From: Owenia fusiformis
Lineage: Eukaryota
Length of the DNA stretch: 64,000 nucleotides
Direction: 5' to 3'
NCBI GenBank assembly: GCA_903813345.2
Contig: CAIIXF020000001.1
Span: forward strand, 13,578,001 to 13,642,000
Both the position numbers and the translations under genes were made by a program. The notes under the pieces are model-generated. The model ran no database searches, was not told the DNA's origin, and was given only the letters and a program-made list of their open reading frames with translations. Shown one piece after another: positions 62,038 to 64,000 of this stretch (position 1 is the first letter of the stretch; the number at the start of each line of letters is the position of its first letter).

Positions 62038-62432
62038 GTCAAGGATATTATTCCTATTTTATATAGTCAGTGTTTTTTAAATATACCAATAACCATTTCA
62101 TTAGTTTTTGACAAAGTAAATAATTATAGGGCTCACACAAGGATCAACTTTGTTCATAGCATTTTCATATTAAGTGATGTTTTGAAAAAATACGAAGGTA
62201 AACTCAATTTTATTTTTTATTTGTTGAAGAAAAAACAATTATATGTTTGTTTTCTTGTTTCGACTGAAAAATCTCAATTCATCGCCCTTGCTTCGCAAGC
62301 AGGAGAGTCTACACCAGTACGAAAAAGTCTTCAAAAAGTTGATCCTTGTGTGAGCCCTACAATTATTTACTTTGTCAAAAACATATATAATGGTTATTCG
62401 GATATATAAAAAATAGGAATAGTATCATTGAC
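62038..62432. mobile_element. Inverted-repeat (MITE-like) remnant
   Basis: TTTTTGACAAAGTAAATAATTATAGGGCTCACACAAGGATCAACTTT (about 62106-62150) mirrored at about 62335-62381; matches extend outward. Confidence 0.72.
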
Positions 62433-62949
62433 TTTTGATTTTGAATAAAAAAGTATTACGAGCATATAGTGCATCACTTAGTTTATAGCTTGCAGACAGT
62501 GATCTAAGAGGCATCATCTTGTAGTAATGGGTGTGACAGTGATGAGACGGGAATTGATTTTATTAATGCAAGTTTTGACAGTCCTAGTATTGATGGTTTA
62601 TCTTACGGACGTCATATTAAAAGATACCAATTTGCATTACATCAACATCAAAGAAGTTTGATTTGTTCACAGATACGTGTCAGAGTGATACCTGTAGCAG
62701 TTGCACTAGATTGATATACAACAAGATATGTGTGAGCATATATTGCAACATTTACTTAAGAGTTATAATTTTACTAAATCTGATGGAACATTAGATAATT
62801 TAAGTCTATCTCTTTTGGTTTATTCAATTTGAATAGTACTTTTGCAATAAAGATACCTTAGTTTTGAAACATTAGCAGCAATTTCATTTCAAAAAGATCA
62901 GTTTTCAACTTCGTACTATGTTTTGTTCATAAAATGTGTATTCAACACA

Positions 62950-64000
62950 GGTCAAAAGTCAGGGTAATTTCAAGTTTAAAATATCAATATCTTGGATAGT
63001 TGGCATTTTAAGACATTTTGCCGATGGTGTGACCCTTCACAACCGATGATTATGTGACCTGAGGTAAAGATCAACTGAATGGGTGTAGGTAATTTCAAGG
63101 TCAATATCTAGCAATTTGGTGTTTTAAGGCAATAACCCACATGCGAGTAGAAATAATCTTGATTTACGTCATTAAAAATTCAAAATTCAGTCAAAGTAAT
63201 ATCATATTTGAAATCTACATGTAAAATTACATCTCGAAATGTGGTTTTAAAAAGTGTTTATCAACTTTGAAAAATTAATTTTCTTTGAAAATGTGACTTC
63301 TAGCTCGGGGAGATTCCCCATAGACCCCATGCTATAAAACCACAAAAATGAAATATCTTTTCTTTGAGTGGACAGATAATATTTTGCTTTACTGGACATA
63401 TTTTCATTAGTATAAGTATCAGACATATAAGGGTTATATGAAAATTGAGCCACTTAAATTAATAATATTCAAGTTTAAGGGAACTTTCTTATATACCTGC
63501 CATGTTAATTGACCCGAATCAGCCACCTGGTGGTGAAACTGGTAACTGCCTACTCGCATTTGGGTAATTGAGAACAATTCTGACCCTTGACAACCGATTA
63601 TTAGGTGACCTGTTGTCAGGGTCAAGGTCTATAGGTCAAGATCATTTCAAGGTCATCAATATCTAAATATTTGGCGTTTTGTGAATCATGAATGTGTGAC
63701 CTGAGGTCAAGGTTATTTCAAGGTCAAATATCAGTATCTAAGTATTTGGTGTATTAAGGCCCTGGTATCTGCTGTGGCCCCTAGCGACTCATGATAGGGT
63801 GACTTCCAAGGTCAATATCTAGCAATTTGGAGTTTAAAGGCAATTGAGAACAATTGTGACCTTTGGAGACCAATGATTAGGTGACCTGGTTTCAAGGTCA
63901 TTTCAAGGTCAATATCTAAGTTGTTGGCAAATGTGGGGCTACAGTCCTATTTAATGACCAATGATAAAATGACCAGAGATCTATAAGTCAATGTTTATGG
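62950..64000. repeat. Degenerate tandem array rich in TTTCAAGGTCAATATCT / TGACC motifs
   Basis: Motif recurs at about 62968, 63093, 63645, 63715, 63803, 63890-63910. Confidence 0.7.

Overview
AT-rich animal genomic DNA. The repeat types and CpG-depleted gene body suggest a lophotrochozoan-like invertebrate (inference). Almost the whole window is one minus-strand gene, an unsplit KMT2C/KMT2D (MLL3/4, trithorax-related) H3K4 methyltransferase whose 5' end lies beyond 64000. I traced 55 GT-AG coding exons with consistent phases (14,085 nt, 4,695 codons including stop): PHD cluster, HMG box, long Pro/Gln/Met-rich region, LxxLL motifs, FCS-type Zn finger, extended PHD, FYRN/FYRC, Win motif, SET and post-SET. 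The most striking observation is that the last coding exon (SET C-terminus plus post-SET zinc site) occurs twice, as intact but diverged 93-nt exons (809-901 and 414-506). This implies a splicing choice between two catalytic C-termini. A 19.7-kb intron holds two paralogous antisense class A peptide-receptor-like GPCRs with uninterrupted coding regions. Introns also carry many non-autonomous DNA elements, including a nested pair with CAC...GTG ends and 5-bp TSDs (Transib/RAG-like signature) and Helentron/HINE-type elements with internal satellite arrays.
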